The notes: generated by a model from the letters alone, not told the origin. A stretch of 64,000 nucleotides of DNA from Trichoplax adhaerens (GCF_000150275.1 NW_002060943.1:6158008-6222007), one strand, 5' to 3'; counted from the first letter of the stretch, positions 20,892 through 34,075 are shown. Made by a program: numbers and translations.

Positions 20892-23800
20892 ATGGAAATT
20901 TTAGAGAACGATTGGTTATTATCTTCATCCAAGATTGATGACGACCTTGGATGTGTTAAACACCAACCGGATCATCTACGTCTATATGTCATTAATAATC
21001 GGAATTTACACCAATATAAAACAATCGATGGCAAATTGAAACACCTTGGATACACATCAAATCAAATCTCTTCTAGGTACTTTTGCTATGTAAATATATT
21101 AATGTTTTAGTTAACTTTTATCGTACTCACTTCACTAGAAAAAGGGTAAGATTATAGTTAATGGTTCAGTTAGGATGATAATCGCAACTAGCTTTACATC
21201 AGATGGTAAATTAACACTTTAGTTCTATTTTCTCCTTGTCTTCTTCATGGAATGAGTACACTGATTCAAAATAGATCGTTATTTAAGTTTGTTTACCATA
21301 TGCAGCTGATACATACATATATATAGCATACGAGTATATATATATTTTTTATATATGTATCTGCTGCGTTGACTATATTGCTTTAGATTTTAATTGCTTT
21401 ACCTTATTTCCTTCCTTAGCACGACATTAAATCAAGGGGAAGCCTTTATCGATAAGGTAAATTTTTTGGCTACTTCTTGATCTAGTTAAGCGTATAACTA
21501 AGCAAAATAATGTTAAAATACTCTGTCAAATTCTTCAAATAATAACAATATTCCATACTCTCAATCATTTTATATCCTTATTTCAAGCTATCTCGATCCA
21601 TTCGTCGTAGATAATATGATTCCGCACTTGTCATTATAATTACTTTTCGCATCGTTTATCAGTGTACTCTATCGGTTAAAGATAGCTATGTAGACAACTT
21701 TTAGCTAGATTGGTAGGTTATATCTTGATTTGGAGATTTGTCTTCCAGACTATTGCATGCATAATTTCTCAATATACCGGAAACAAGATAGTTAGATGTC
21801 GTAAGCAAGTTGGATTACTAATTTATAAATTAGGACTCATCTTCGTGATTACCGGACCGTAGATACTTTCTGTTAATGTACTCGAAAGAAGAACACTATG
21901 CATTATAAGCAGGCTAAATTGCTAGTTACGTTATGATTTAGGACCCATCTTCTTCATTCCTTTACATAGTTTATTGACAAGCTAGAAGATAATAACTAAA
22001 TGTTATAAGCAAGCTAATATTTGTTAGTTGATGCTATGACTTAAGACTTGCTTTCCTAATTTCTATCATACATATTTGCAGTTTATATACTGGAAGAGGG
22101 CAGCGAAGCATTATGAGCAATCTAATTCACTACTTTTAGATTATTAATTCTTATCTTTCCACATAAAGAATATCACGCATTTCAATACATTCGAACGAAG
22201 GTACCAGATATTTTAAGAAAGCTAGCGGACTATTTTATATGGTCAATCAATTAATCATTTATTTAGTTTTCCTACGTCAAGAATCCATGGAATTTCTATT
22301 AGTTTGTAGCACTCCAGTGGAAATAATTAGTTGGAAATCTAGATTAGACAGCCATTTTATGTGACTAACTACCCTTAGCCTTTAAAGCCAACGATTACAC
22401 TGTATGGTAGTAATTTATAGCTTCCCCCCCTCCAAAAAAAATTAACGACGCCGACGAGGGGATTTTGATGCAAATGATTTGTTATTAACTGTTAAGCAAG
22501 ATCTGCATCTTATATTTTTAATTAGCGACCATTTTTTAATGATACTGAAGATTACGACATTTTATTACTTAAATATAGTAAAAATAGTTACTAGAAATTG
22601 CTGTAGAGTAGATCACTATCATATATCGTTAATTAGTAGGCGTAATTTTAAAGCTAATAAGCTCGAAGGAAGGTGATTGGATATTAGTCGTACTCTTTAT
22701 TGCCATTATTTTGAGATTGCTAGTCGTTCTACCATAGAAATAGAAATTCCATTGCCATTTTGGCTGTCTATTCGAGCATTTCTTGATCTTTTAATAGCTT
22801 TATAGAACGTATCTAAACCATGTAAAAGTATTCCTTGTATTGCCTATTCAATCCTACTAGTATATTAAAGAGGATAATAGCAATTAACAATTAATAATCC
22901 TAATTGAATAATGTCTGCAAATAGAACTCTTTCTTTCACTTGAATACAAAGTACAAAAAATAACTATCAGATCTTTCACAGGATTACTGAATAATTTTAC
23001 CTTTGAGAAAACATCCAGCTAAAGTAAAACCATCTACTTGTATTTAGCATATATCCCACTTCAACAGAATACTCTATCTGTCATCTACTTTAATATCCGT
23101 AAAAAGCTGCTAAAACTAATCAGCATATAACTTATAGGGAATGTATTGACATCCTTCTCTTCCCTTAAAAGAGAAACTTAAGCTTTTAATCGACTTTGTA
23201 CTTCGTTTAGAGTGAAGGTAAAAGGGATAGTTGGGATAGCATCAATTAAAAATGATATTACCTTATTAAGGTTAAGAGGAAAGATTAGTTTTTAAGGGAC
23301 TCTTTCTATCTACTAGAATACGCTAAAAGACAGCTTAGGCAAAGTTAGCAAAAATAAGCTTTACTTTATGAACCCAGGTATGTTAACGAAGTAATATTAT
23401 TTTCATGGCCCTTTAGTCTGACTCGAAAAGAGGCGCAGAAAATCGATTAAAAATTTAATCTTTCCCTCTTAACGAATATTATATTCATTTTAATCTCAAG
23501 ATAAGCAAGCACAGAAATTCGATTAAAAATTTAGTCTTTCTGTCTTAACCAAGTAATGCTATATTCACTTTAATCTCACTCCGAAGCAGGCCCAGAAAAT
23601 CGATTAAAAACTTAATCTTTCACTCTTGATAAATTAATATTCTACGCGCATATCACCTTTACTGAACCTACCATGGCTGTCCTTTCATTTTAGGCAACCC
23701 TACTTGAATGGAAGCAAGAAAATCAACGCTTAAAAGTCAGCGATGATCTACTTAGGGATACGACTAGTAAAATCCAAGACAAGGTAAATGCTACTTAGAC

Positions 23801-26191
23801 TATTTCCGTCATCTATCATTATTGAGAGTTAATAAAAGAAATGACAAAAAATAAGTTCAATTTCGGTGCTAAAGCTGCTTGATCCCCTTTTACATTTCTC
23901 TGCAGTTACAAGCATATGAAAATGAATTGAAGATTCTATTTAATCGATTAAAAGTTAATGAAAATTGTAACATACTCAAGAAACAAGAAATACAACGCAG
24001 GATAAAACATCTTGAAGATCTCATTGTCGAGCACAACGACCATTCAATGCCATCCAGTAATTTGGAAAATAACGATGATGATCATTACGAAGCACAACCG
24101 ATTGCGATAGACTTTGACCATCAGAAGGCAAATTCTCATCATCATTATCAACATCAAAATGCCGAAAATAGTACAAGACTGAGTAGTCCTACTATGGATA
24201 ATCATAGTGCTCACGATAATAATACTAGAAGATTTAGCAAACGATCGACAAAACTGTTTAGTGCAACATCAAGAAATACCGAATTATCATCCATGACAGT
24301 TCCAACTGGATCTTTGCCTCCTTTCTCTTGGTTAGTAAAATAAGAATAAAGTGTGTTCATAGATCATCCAAATTATCATCCAATACCTAATCCGATTATA
24401 AATTATTAGTCACCTTAAATATAATTTTTGGCTATGTCTATTTTGTATCCTATCGACAGTACTACCGGTACTGTTGTCATAGCAGATGTTGATCCAAATG
24501 GATATTTTGTCCAATTACACAATATTAGTTCTAATCAAGTAAGTGATTATGGTTATCCTAACAACTGAATTGAATCAATTTAAAACAAATTAAAGCTAGT
24601 ATAAATTATCGCCATGATACTGAGTTAGGAAGGGCTGTGCTTATACTTGTGATATTATTTTTATTATAATTGTAGGATGTAGAATTAGGATTATTCCAGA
24701 TACAGCAAAGAACAGAGGGGCATATTATGGCTTCCTTTCAATTTCCTATCACTTTTACTCTTGCTGCTGAATCGAAAGTTACAGTAAGATTGAATTGAAA
24801 TAAGAGAATATAGTTTATGTGGAATCATATTTAGCTATTCCGATTTATAAATAGGTTTGGGCCGCAGATAGCCAACATCCACATCGTCCACCTTTAGACG
24901 TCTTATGGATTAAAGAGAAAAGATGGCCAGTATCCCCAAATTGTATGACTATATTATGTAAACCGAATGGCCAAGTAAGCCTTTAAGACTAGAATCAATT
25001 TACTTTAAGTAATCAAAATCTAGAATATCTTATCCAAGAAAAAAGATTTTAAATTCGTTTCTACAATATCTGCTTTAAACTAATATCGACAGGCAATGGC
25101 GTGGACTTCTTCAGCCGGTGTAATTACTCGATATCAACATGTGTTAAAGAAGAAACAAGATAGACGATTGCATGAAGATAGAAATAAACAAGTTTCCATT
25201 AGCCCTATGGATGATAATTCAATTTTTGAGAAAAGAACGGCCTCGCCAACATTAAGAAAACGAATCCATTCTCCTTGCCTTAGGTAGGAAATTTAAAAGC
25301 TTGCAGTAGATCTGCACGGGCATTAATTAATTATTATAGTCGATATTGGATCGTTAGCCTATTTGTCAATATAAGAATGATGTAAAGAGAGAATTGAAGT
25401 TAGTAGTCCATTGCTAAGTGTGATGATGGAGGAGGAAATCCTATTTTACAAAGTCAATATCAATTAACATATGGGCATTGAACTCTATTTAGCACTGGAA
25501 ATGGTGGAAATAGATCAATTAACTATAGAAAATCAGCTTCTGAAATTATTACCTTAAAAGATTTAAAACATTTTACAGAACAGGTAAATCTTACCTCATT
25601 TCTGCTTAAGAATTTTTTAAAGGTTTACATTATTAAAAGTAATTAATAAATCCTTATTTCTGTTGATTAGTGCATATAATATAATATATTCGCTACATAA
25701 CATTTAGATGAATCAGTAATTACGAACAGTTAAAACTACAGATTGTAATTCTATTCAGATTTCAATCATTTTGATTATATTAAGTGTAAGCCAAATCTAA
25801 TCGATTTTTTACGCCAATCTACGCAGATAAATGGTAGGAGTAGACCGCAAAGTAGTCATCAATTATCAAGGAGTAGGATAATGTCCAATGACAGTGACAA
25901 TTATAATTATTTGAAGTTAAAGAGAAACTCCGATCAAATGGTACAATATTGGAGAAGACCGGTATCAGTTAAGCAAGTTCGTATCTGCTATTATAGTAAT
26001 AGTAAATTATTGATACAGCCATCATCGAAGCTATTACTTGATAAATTAAAAGGAATCTTTGGTAGTTAGCTAAAAGATTTTGTTGGAAAGTTAACTATTC
26101 CCTCAATCATGTTTTTGTTTGTCTGTAGGAAAGAACAAGAGGAGGCAGCATTCAGATCCATTCCTCTAAAGCATATAATTATATTTTATAA
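20892..26191 (+). CDS. Lamin tail domain-containing protein (LMNTD1/LMNTD2-like): N-terminal coiled coil, low-complexity linker, Ig-like lamin tail domain
   Basis: Phase-consistent exons start at 20892, 21420, 23694, ~23906, 24460, ~24676, ~24854, ~25093, ~25493, 25827 and ~26129. The LTD reads TTGTVVIADVDPNGYFVQLHNISSNQDVELGLFQIQQ...FQFPITFTLAAESKVTVWAADSQHPHRPPLDVLWIKEKRWPVSPNCMTILCKPNGQAMAW, matching the LMNTD-type signature TILCKPNGQAxAW. The terminal exon choice (stop 26069 vs 26191) is uncertain. Confidence 0.85.
21770..22230. repeat. Degenerate ~100-105 bp tandem repeat, ~5 copies, intronic
   Basis: The core ttataagcaagctaa-like word recurs near 21801, 21903, 22003, 22111 and 22211. 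Each copy is preceded by a tac(t/c)ggaag-like purine run, and the first three are followed by ta(a/g)gac. Confidence 0.6.
23431..23640. repeat. ~77 bp tandem repeat, 3 copies, intronic
   Basis: cagaaa(a/t)tcgattaaaaa(t/c)tta(a/g)tctttc recurs near 23436, 23512 and 23593. The first two copies also end in tatattca..ttaatctca. Confidence 0.85.
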
Positions 26192-26893
26192 TGTATCATT
26201 CACTAAATACAAAAAGATAATCATTGGTACACCTTGTATAGAATAACGTACGCATAATGTAACTATTTATTACAAGTTTCACTTGCTACAAAAATACAAC
26301 CGACAATATAGGCTTTGTTAGCTGTTTTAAGCCTTTCAAAGTTGGCTCTAATAATTAATACATCACTTATTCATGCGAGTTATCAATGACACAGTATCAG
26401 ATAGCAGTAAGCATAGACGAATGAAAACATTTTTGAAATACCGATAATATAGACAATTTTTTTATACATGGAAAAAAGGAAATAGAAAACTTTCTTTGCA
26501 AGTTATCTATCAACTATTTTTTAATATAGAAACTTAAAGTTAATAAAAAAGATAGACTTACAATCTACATTAACATAAAATTGTTGCTACTTTATCTTTG
26601 CTAGATAGGTATAGCCTTGCCATTTTATATGTTGGTGCTGGTCACAGAACCGTAACAAGATGCAATTTTAACTGTAGTAATAAATACAGTACAATACAAA
26701 GTGATTGTTATCTAAACGGACATAATATACTTTCAATTGGATCCACAGTTGTCGTGATAATAATTCATTCTAGGAACAATTATTATACGTATTTTGGCTA
26801 CGTTTTAGCCTTGTATTGCTATTTACCGTTATCTTGGCAATATCCAAGTTCATGCAATCGTAACCGTTAAATATCTCTACGATATACACATTT

Positions 26894-29800
26894 TCATACT
26901 TTATCATTAACTGAATCAGCCTTTGTCTCAACTGACTCTGGCACAGAATCAGATACTGCACCAGATGTACTTAACGTTGCTAACACTGTGCCTAATAATT
27001 AATTGAAAGAATGAAGAAGGTTAGTTGGTGATGCTATCATTAAGACATTTGTATGATACACATCTGAATATCAAACAGTTTTGCTGAAAATGAAGCAATA
27101 AAATAGACAAACCTGCTGATTCTGCGAATTTACCCATGCTTTCTTTCTTTATTTCCTCAAAATCCTTACGTTCGTCGGCTAAAAAAATTCGATCCATCAA
27201 AACTCTCTCAGCTGATGGAGCATATGACTATAACCAAAATAAATGTAAATCAGACAATACATAAAAGAACATTCTTCATCGCTAAACTCATATGAATAAT
27301 AAAATGTGTTGCAGACTATAGATAACCTTGCTCTCTTCGTATAAAAGTCGAGTAAATTTATTATACATTCGTTGAATCTTTTGAAGAGTTTGCTCACTTG
27401 TGCATTCATAAGCTTCATCAACTGTAATAAACAAGAAATTTTAACGTTACCACAATTGAAAAGTATGCATACTGTTGATATCGGCAATCTTGCAGCACGT
27501 ATCAGTACGTCTAAGTTGGTAAACGTTTCAAATACTTACATTTTGTTACGTCTTCTTCTTTTGGTATTGGTTCATAGTAGACATGGTAACGTAGGAGCTC
27601 TCGGCAAGCATTCTCGAAAGATTCGAAAGGTTTCATCTGTGGTGATTCCACGAATATCTGATCGACACCCAAAGCAGTTGTAATTCTAGTAATAATAACC
27701 CAATGATTTTCAGTGTAAATATTACTGAGTTGTTTACCAATATAATACATATACTAGGTATCTACTCGATCTGGGAAAACGTGTTATAAACACTGTTTTT
27801 ACCTTGCAGCTCGTTTGGCTTGCTTAGCAGCTGCAGTAGGAGGTGGGCGTTTTTTCCCTTGATTCAAAGGCTTGCTAGATGTTCCCTACGTATATCATTA
27901 AAATTAGCATTTTAAGTATCTTCTGCTGCCTTGTGATACTACTTTGAATTTATTTATATGAGTTTTTATCCCTACTGATGACAATAGGCTAATTTGAAAA
28001 AAAATTAACAAGAATATTTTCGTACCGTTTTAGTCGACTTTGAGCGGTTTTTCGATGGTGGCACTTTTGGCGTTGAAGTAAGTTTGGAAGTGGAACTTGT
28101 CGTTTTTGTACTGTTATTTTCATATAACCCCTTATCGGAGGTCTTGGTTGATACTATTATTGATGTAAGAAGTATGATTAAAAGAATTTTCTATAACAAT
28201 CTAAAATCGAAAGATTCATTGCAAGCCCTATAAACTTCATTTCTCTTCCTTAATCAAAGAAATAGGTGGTCTTACCCACAAACTTGGTGATATTTGATAT
28301 CAGAGATAAGGGCATTGACCCTTTGGTAAATGATATATGTTTTATTAAGACAAACTGGGGTAGAAGACTTACTATGATCATAATTTGTTGAAGTAGAAGT
28401 CGTTGTTTTAACAGCATCGACTGGTTGAGTTTGTTGCTTAACATCGGGCGTTTTTTTCGTATTTATGAGTAAAGCGCTTAGGTTATTAGCATATAACTTG
28501 ATGTCTTTAGTTTCAATGCTTGATAAGGATAGTCGTTCGGCAAGTAATTTCTGATTACTAGCTTTAGTCGACATCAACTGCTGGAGAGTAAAGTTTGTCT
28601 TTGTCGACGTTGGTCCGGATTGATTGCCTGCTTTGGGATTAGAATTGCTAACATTTTTATCAATGGATTGCTGTTGTGCTTGAATTAGAGTTAAATTCGA
28701 TTTTTTGTCGTTATCATCTGCTGCTAAGGCAATTAATTCTTCCTGACTAAGAGAGGTCGATCCTAATGTAATTGTAAATAGAAGAGATTTATTTTTGGCC
28801 ACATTAAAATCATCAAATGCAAGAGTAATTAATGTTCAATTAGTTTAAAACAAACTTAGAGTTTATTTACCGTTAAGCGTAGCGTTTGCAGTAACAGAAA
28901 ATTCATCGAATAGTTGACAGTCGATAATTTCATTTGGTAGACTATTTATCCCAATCGCTGCAGTTTGTTGGAATATCTATAGAGTAAAGGAAGGCATTAT
29001 TATTATTTCAGCGTAGGTAAAGATATCCTATGGTACTGATCATTATTTAGATTGTAGACATTTCAATGCAATATTATTAATGCATTCATGAACCAACTTG
29101 ATTGATAGTAGTAGCCGGAGTTAATATAGTGTTAAAGTGATGGCAAAGTGTTATTCATGTTGATAAAGATTGCAAAATTATGGCTGTCACAACTAGTAGA
29201 GGTACTATTGAACTATTATGACTATTGGACTAATTACCATTTCATTACCTGATCAGTTGGTGACAATGATGCTAAATTAGCAAGCGTAGTTATAATGTTA
29301 CTGTCTTCTTCTTGTACGCTGTCATCTAAATTTGATGCTATCTTGTCGTCCGTTAACAGATCATTGTCAACATTGTTGATATCATCCATTGTCGAATTTA
29401 TATTATTTGTATGCAATACAGCTTGTTCCTCCATGATGGCTTGTGTAGTACATTGACTTGGATTAGCTATGGCAGGATTTGATGAAGTTAAAGGTAGCTC
29501 TAATAAAGTACTAATTGAAGATTTGGAAGTATCACTTTGTTCGGTAGTATTGGAATTATCTTTATCTTTTGTGTCTGTGGATAAATCTGCAGTAGTACTG
29601 CTCGATTGATAGGAAGTTGATGTCGTTGTTTTTGGTGATAGAGGTTGTTTAATAGATAATGAAATGGTAGCATTGGTAGTAGACCATGACGTACTTTCCG
29701 GCATGACCTAAGTGTCAACAAGTAAAAAGTTAATGGCAATATTACGTTGTGTATTTTATGATATGTAAAGCAATGTTAATCGATGTATAGTGTGACTATA

Positions 29801-30502
29801 TGGACTTTCTCCAATTTGTGATGACGATCAATTTTATATTGATGTCTACACTATCGACAAGAGAAGTAGCGTTAACAATGATGGTTAATAAGATGGAACT
29901 ATTACTTTTATGAGCGGGGCAAGAAGGGAAAAAAATGAAGAATAAGAACATAGTTTGTCGATTTTTATCTTTCAGTAAAGGGGAAATTTTGCAAAAATTT
30001 CTACTTCTTCAAAGCATGATAAGGAAGAACTAACCTCGCTTTCTAAATGACTTTGTATTGGTTCTTTTCCCATTTGGGTATGACTAAAAGAAGGAAAGAA
30101 AGAAATCAATTTAGTGGTGACCAAGTTATCAACGGAATAAAATTAAATGATTTAGATGAAAGAGAGTGTCTATTTGATGAATTTATCAACATTAAGATTG
30201 TCCATTTATTAGCATAACATTAAGTATAAGAAATACGTAGATGATCAACTCATCCAGTACGTATGATTGTCGAATATTATCAGATACGTTATTAAGGAAG
30301 TCCATCTAAGTAAATCCATCATGTTACTACTAATTAATAGCAGTATCGTTTAGAGCATGCACTGTAGTTAAGGTTATATTAATGTAGCAATTCAATATGG
30401 ATGCATTTATTGAATAACCGGCTGGTTCATTTTCAACCATTACCTGTGTATATCGGACGCGTTGTTAACACTTTCAGTCATGTCTATAGCAGCAGTAGGC
30501 AT
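26894..30502 (-). CDS. BICRA: BICRA/BICRAL (GLTSCR1-domain) homolog, non-canonical BAF subunit; multi-exon
   Basis: Exons at ~27113-27685 splice to LGVDQIFVESPQMKPFESFENACRELLRYHVYYEPIPKEEDVTKFDEAYECTSEQTLQKIQRMYNKFTRLLYEESKSYAPSAERVLMDRIFLADERK, the GLTSCR1 domain (PF.S.EDA..RLLPYHVY...PSAEMVMIDRMF). Upstream exons are Ser/Thr-rich and low-complexity. The stop is at 26894. The start ATG at 30502 is tentative. Confidence 0.88.
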
Positions 30503-33192
30503 GAAGAAGTGTATCCTAGGTGGTAAGCCTTTCTCATCCAATCCTTAAGATATTAGTCGGTTCTCCTGTTACAAATAGGAAAGATACTGTTAACAATGTC
30601 AATAACGTTCTTTTCGATACTTTAACATGTGCAGTTGGTTGCTTGTGGATAATTGACTGTTATAAAGGCCTGAGGCAACCAGCAGAAGAATGTAAGTGTC
30701 CTATGCTATATACCATAACTTGACCATTTCAATTTTGTTATGACGACGTGCATTAGAAAAAGAGAAGGATTTTACGTCAGCGCAATACTGTCAGTGGTTG
30801 TAGTTAGGATAATTTATCAACTATTTCTATCAATACTTTGGATCACTAATGGAGAAGGATTGATATCGGTGCAAGACCCCCCTTATTTGTTGTATTTACT
30901 GGTTTATTTTAATTATTGCAAAAAGTAAATTACTGCATGAATAGGAAGTGCAATTCCGTGCCAAGTTTTAAGCCATTCTCGACTTCTGTGTTTCGCTGTT
31001 ACTTTAAAGTCATTATTGCAAGAGATGACAGACTACATACATGGCTTGTCCACATTGACTGGTATTCTACAAAAAACGGTTTTGAAGAGAATTCAATTGT
31101 AATTTATCATTTCTGCTAGTGTAGACATTGAGTATTTGCATGTAGAGACTATCATTGCCTTAAATTACCATCAAGATAAAACTTGTAACGGCATCCATCA
31201 TTCTCTATACTCGTATGTCGATTGCCATCTAGCTACAGAATGAATCGATTGGATTGGATTGATGTCAAGCAAGATTCTGTATCGAGACTGTTCTTTTCTG
31301 TACTACATGATGTAATTGATAGAATGAGAATGTCATTTTATCGGTAGTGGTACTGGACAAGTTGAAGCATCCCTGAATTCTATAATAAGTCGATATTGAA
31401 TGGAGGTAATTGCATTACTATTGCAATAGTCTCCAACAGTCAGAGTACAGTGATTATTTGTTGTTTGAATATTGTTCATGAGAGCATTTACAATAGTGAC
31501 AATATTGTGCCAGTATACTGCTTGAGAGAAAGGGATAAAAATCAATGTTGGTTAGTATGATGTCGATTGAGAATTGTCCATGGACGAACAAGGTAGACGG
31601 TAGGTTAAGGTATTGTAGCCTGTATCGATCGTTGGTGTCGCCAGTGATGATGGTCATTTCCATATTTCTCTCTCTCTCTCTGCCTATCAATCTACTGTGG
31701 GTCTATTCTATCGTCGTAGAAAAGCAATTTAGTCCATTTTATCCTTGATCTATGGTAACGATATGTAGTCCGATGGATGATTCTATCGCGCTAGTTGTAT
31801 CCATTTTTCTGACTTGATGCCTACCGGTCCATCATTCTACAGTGTCATGGTGTACAATATGGACAGTCTATCAAGTCATGTAGAGTAAGGATTTGTATCT
31901 GAAGTAGACATGGTTGATAGGTATTTTTTTGGACGTCTACGCCATCTGTAGTCTAGAAGGAATGTTGTCCATGATGGCATGATGGACAAGTCTGTATTGA
32001 TTCTTAGCCAACCGTACTCAAGCTACAATAAGTTGAACTGACGGATGGCTATTAGCATTTTTCTCATTTTAATCATGACAAGAAAATGGACATGTAGCAA
32101 TGGATTTGCTTTGGAGCTTGACTAATGATAAAGAAATGAAGGTGGAAATGAGTTTGTTAATGCATTTGCAATACTGTACTGTCGGTCTATCGGGTTGACA
32201 AGGCTATATTGAAGAATGGTTGAACTTGCAACGTCTTTCTACTAGTATTGACTGAGAACAATATCGTGAGTCAGCATGGGAAAAAAGGGAAAGCGAATGT
32301 TTTCACTCTCTTTGCTCTTTCTACTCCACTTGATCATGGTTAAGAAAGGTTTTACAAAGATGGAGAATAAAACTCCTGCCATGGATTGGAGGAATGATGT
32401 TGTTGAAGACTGTGGTGAAGGCCACTGCAATGGGTCTATCGTGACGTAAATGATTATCGCTGGACTCCACTTACGTGGAACACTGAGCATGCAAGATTGA
32501 AAAGGGCAAAAGGAAGCAATATTAGCGACCATCATGAGCTTAATTGAAACGTTATTGGTGAAAGAATTTCTGCTTCTATTGGTCTACAATCAACATCAGC
32601 AGATTGAATTTGTTTGTGCAGGTAGAATCCTCTGCAGAGCTGGACAATCAAGCTGCAACCTGGCCGCTGCCAACGCAATCCATCGATAACGATGGAGCGT
32701 AATCAAGTAGCGTAGAGGAAAAAAAATAGCAAAAAATGGCGCCATTCTGCCATCGAATTGTACAAAAAGCTTCAAGTTGTAGTAAACGATTGCTAGTCAT
32801 CAACAACATTTGCCAATCAATTATCAACACAGGATAAGATTAAATTGCAACTTGCCTTGGTAGTTTGCTAGTGATGATCAATTTCTTTTGCATTTATACT
32901 GTGTTAATTCAATCCCTTCCACACTGTCGTTGGACACTGTCAGTCAGTGGTGTTACACGGTACAGTACCGGTCCTGTCATGGTCTCTACCCGGGGTCGAA
33001 TCCGCCCGCATTGGTTGTGCCCAGGGGCTGGGAGTGCGGGATGTGATTGACAAGCGTGGTTGGCGCCGATGACGACTGTATACTGGAAGCAGGACGCTTG
33101 TGCCATCTTTCATCCACTACACTGCCTGTTTTATCGGCCAATCCACACTCGTCCAGGGGCAATCCGTCGGATGCATGCCATGATGATGATGT

Positions 33193-33355
33193 GGGGTGGG
33201 CCAGCCACCCCTCCCGCCATTGACAGTACTTTCTACTGTCAATGGGGATTGATGAAAGCTTAGGCTAGGGCCTAGGCGTACTGACGTACAGTGTACAGTG
33301 CACAGGCAAGAGTGTACACTGTACACTGTACAGTACTGTAGGCCACCCTAGCCTA
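33193..33355. repeat. Three consecutive inverted repeats/hairpins; the last is a 95-bp MITE-like foldback
   Basis: GGGGTGG-gccag-CCACCCC (33193-33211). CCATTGACAGTA-ctttc-TACTGTCAATGG (33217-33245, perfect 12-bp stem). TAGGCTAGGG...CCCTAGCCTA (33261-33355), with internal arms gtacagtgtacagtg / cactgtacactgtac. Confidence 0.85.
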
Positions 33356-33460
33356 TTGACATCCTCTGCAGTGCCATAGCTACAGTCCACGCTGCATAGT
33401 ACTGTACAGTACAGTATAGACAGTACTGTACTGTAGGCAATGTACTGTACTCTACTCTAC

Positions 33461-34075
33461 ACTGCATAGTACTGCAGTCGCTTGCACTGGGCACACTCAC
33501 GCACCCCTTCCAGTACAGTAGAACACTACAGTACTGGTACTGTACTCCACACTGCATAGTACTGTAGTCGCTTGCACTGGGCACACTCACGCACCGCTTC
33601 TAGTACAGTAGATTATGACAGTACTGGTACTGTACGCCACACTGCATAGTACTGTAATCGCTTGCACCGCGCACACTCATGCACCTGTTCCAGTACAGTA
33701 GAACACTACAGTACTGGTACTGTACGCCATACTGCATAGTACTGTACTGTATGTACTGTAGTCGCTTGCACTGGGCACACTCACGCACCTCTTCCAGTAC
33801 AGTACTGTAGAACACTACAGTACTGGTACTGTACTCCACACTGCATAGTACTGTAGTCGCTTGCACCGCGCACACTCATGCACCTGTTCCAGTACAGTAG
33901 AACACTACAGTACTGGTACTGTACGCCATACTGCATAGTACTGTATGTACTGTAGTCGCTTGCACTGGGCACACTCACGCACCCCTTCCAGTACAGTACA
34001 GTACAGTACAGTACAGTACAGTACAACGCTACAGTACTGGTACTGTAATCCACACTACATAGTACTGTAGTCGTC
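33461..34075. repeat. 90-bp tandem repeat array (6 full units plus a partial) with two subtypes and an internal (GTACA)7 expansion
   Basis: Unit starts (actgcatagtactg...tcgcttgcac...gcacactca...ttccagtacagtagaacactacagtactggtactgtac) at 33461, 33551, 33641, 33731, 33840 and 33930. (GTACA)7 occupies 33991-34025. Confidence 0.95.

Noticed and set aside
21131-21134. Possible 4-nt - strand micro-exon (ttctag|TGAA|gtgagt)
   Set aside because: Joined to the 14-nt exon it gives stops in all frames. It could be a chance match or UTR, and has no support.
21302-21367. Hairpin gcagc-tgatacata...tatgtatc-tgctgc
   Set aside because: It is mostly self-complementary TA-microsatellite, with no evidence of function.
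22680-23340. Possible decayed retroelement/transposase coding remnant
   Set aside because: I saw no recognisable RT, integrase or transposase motif by eye.
33461-34075. CRISPR array or metal-response-element (TGCRCNC) array
   Set aside because: The units are contiguous with no unique spacers, there are no cas genes and the context is eukaryotic. The TGCAC words do not complete the TGCRCNC consensus.
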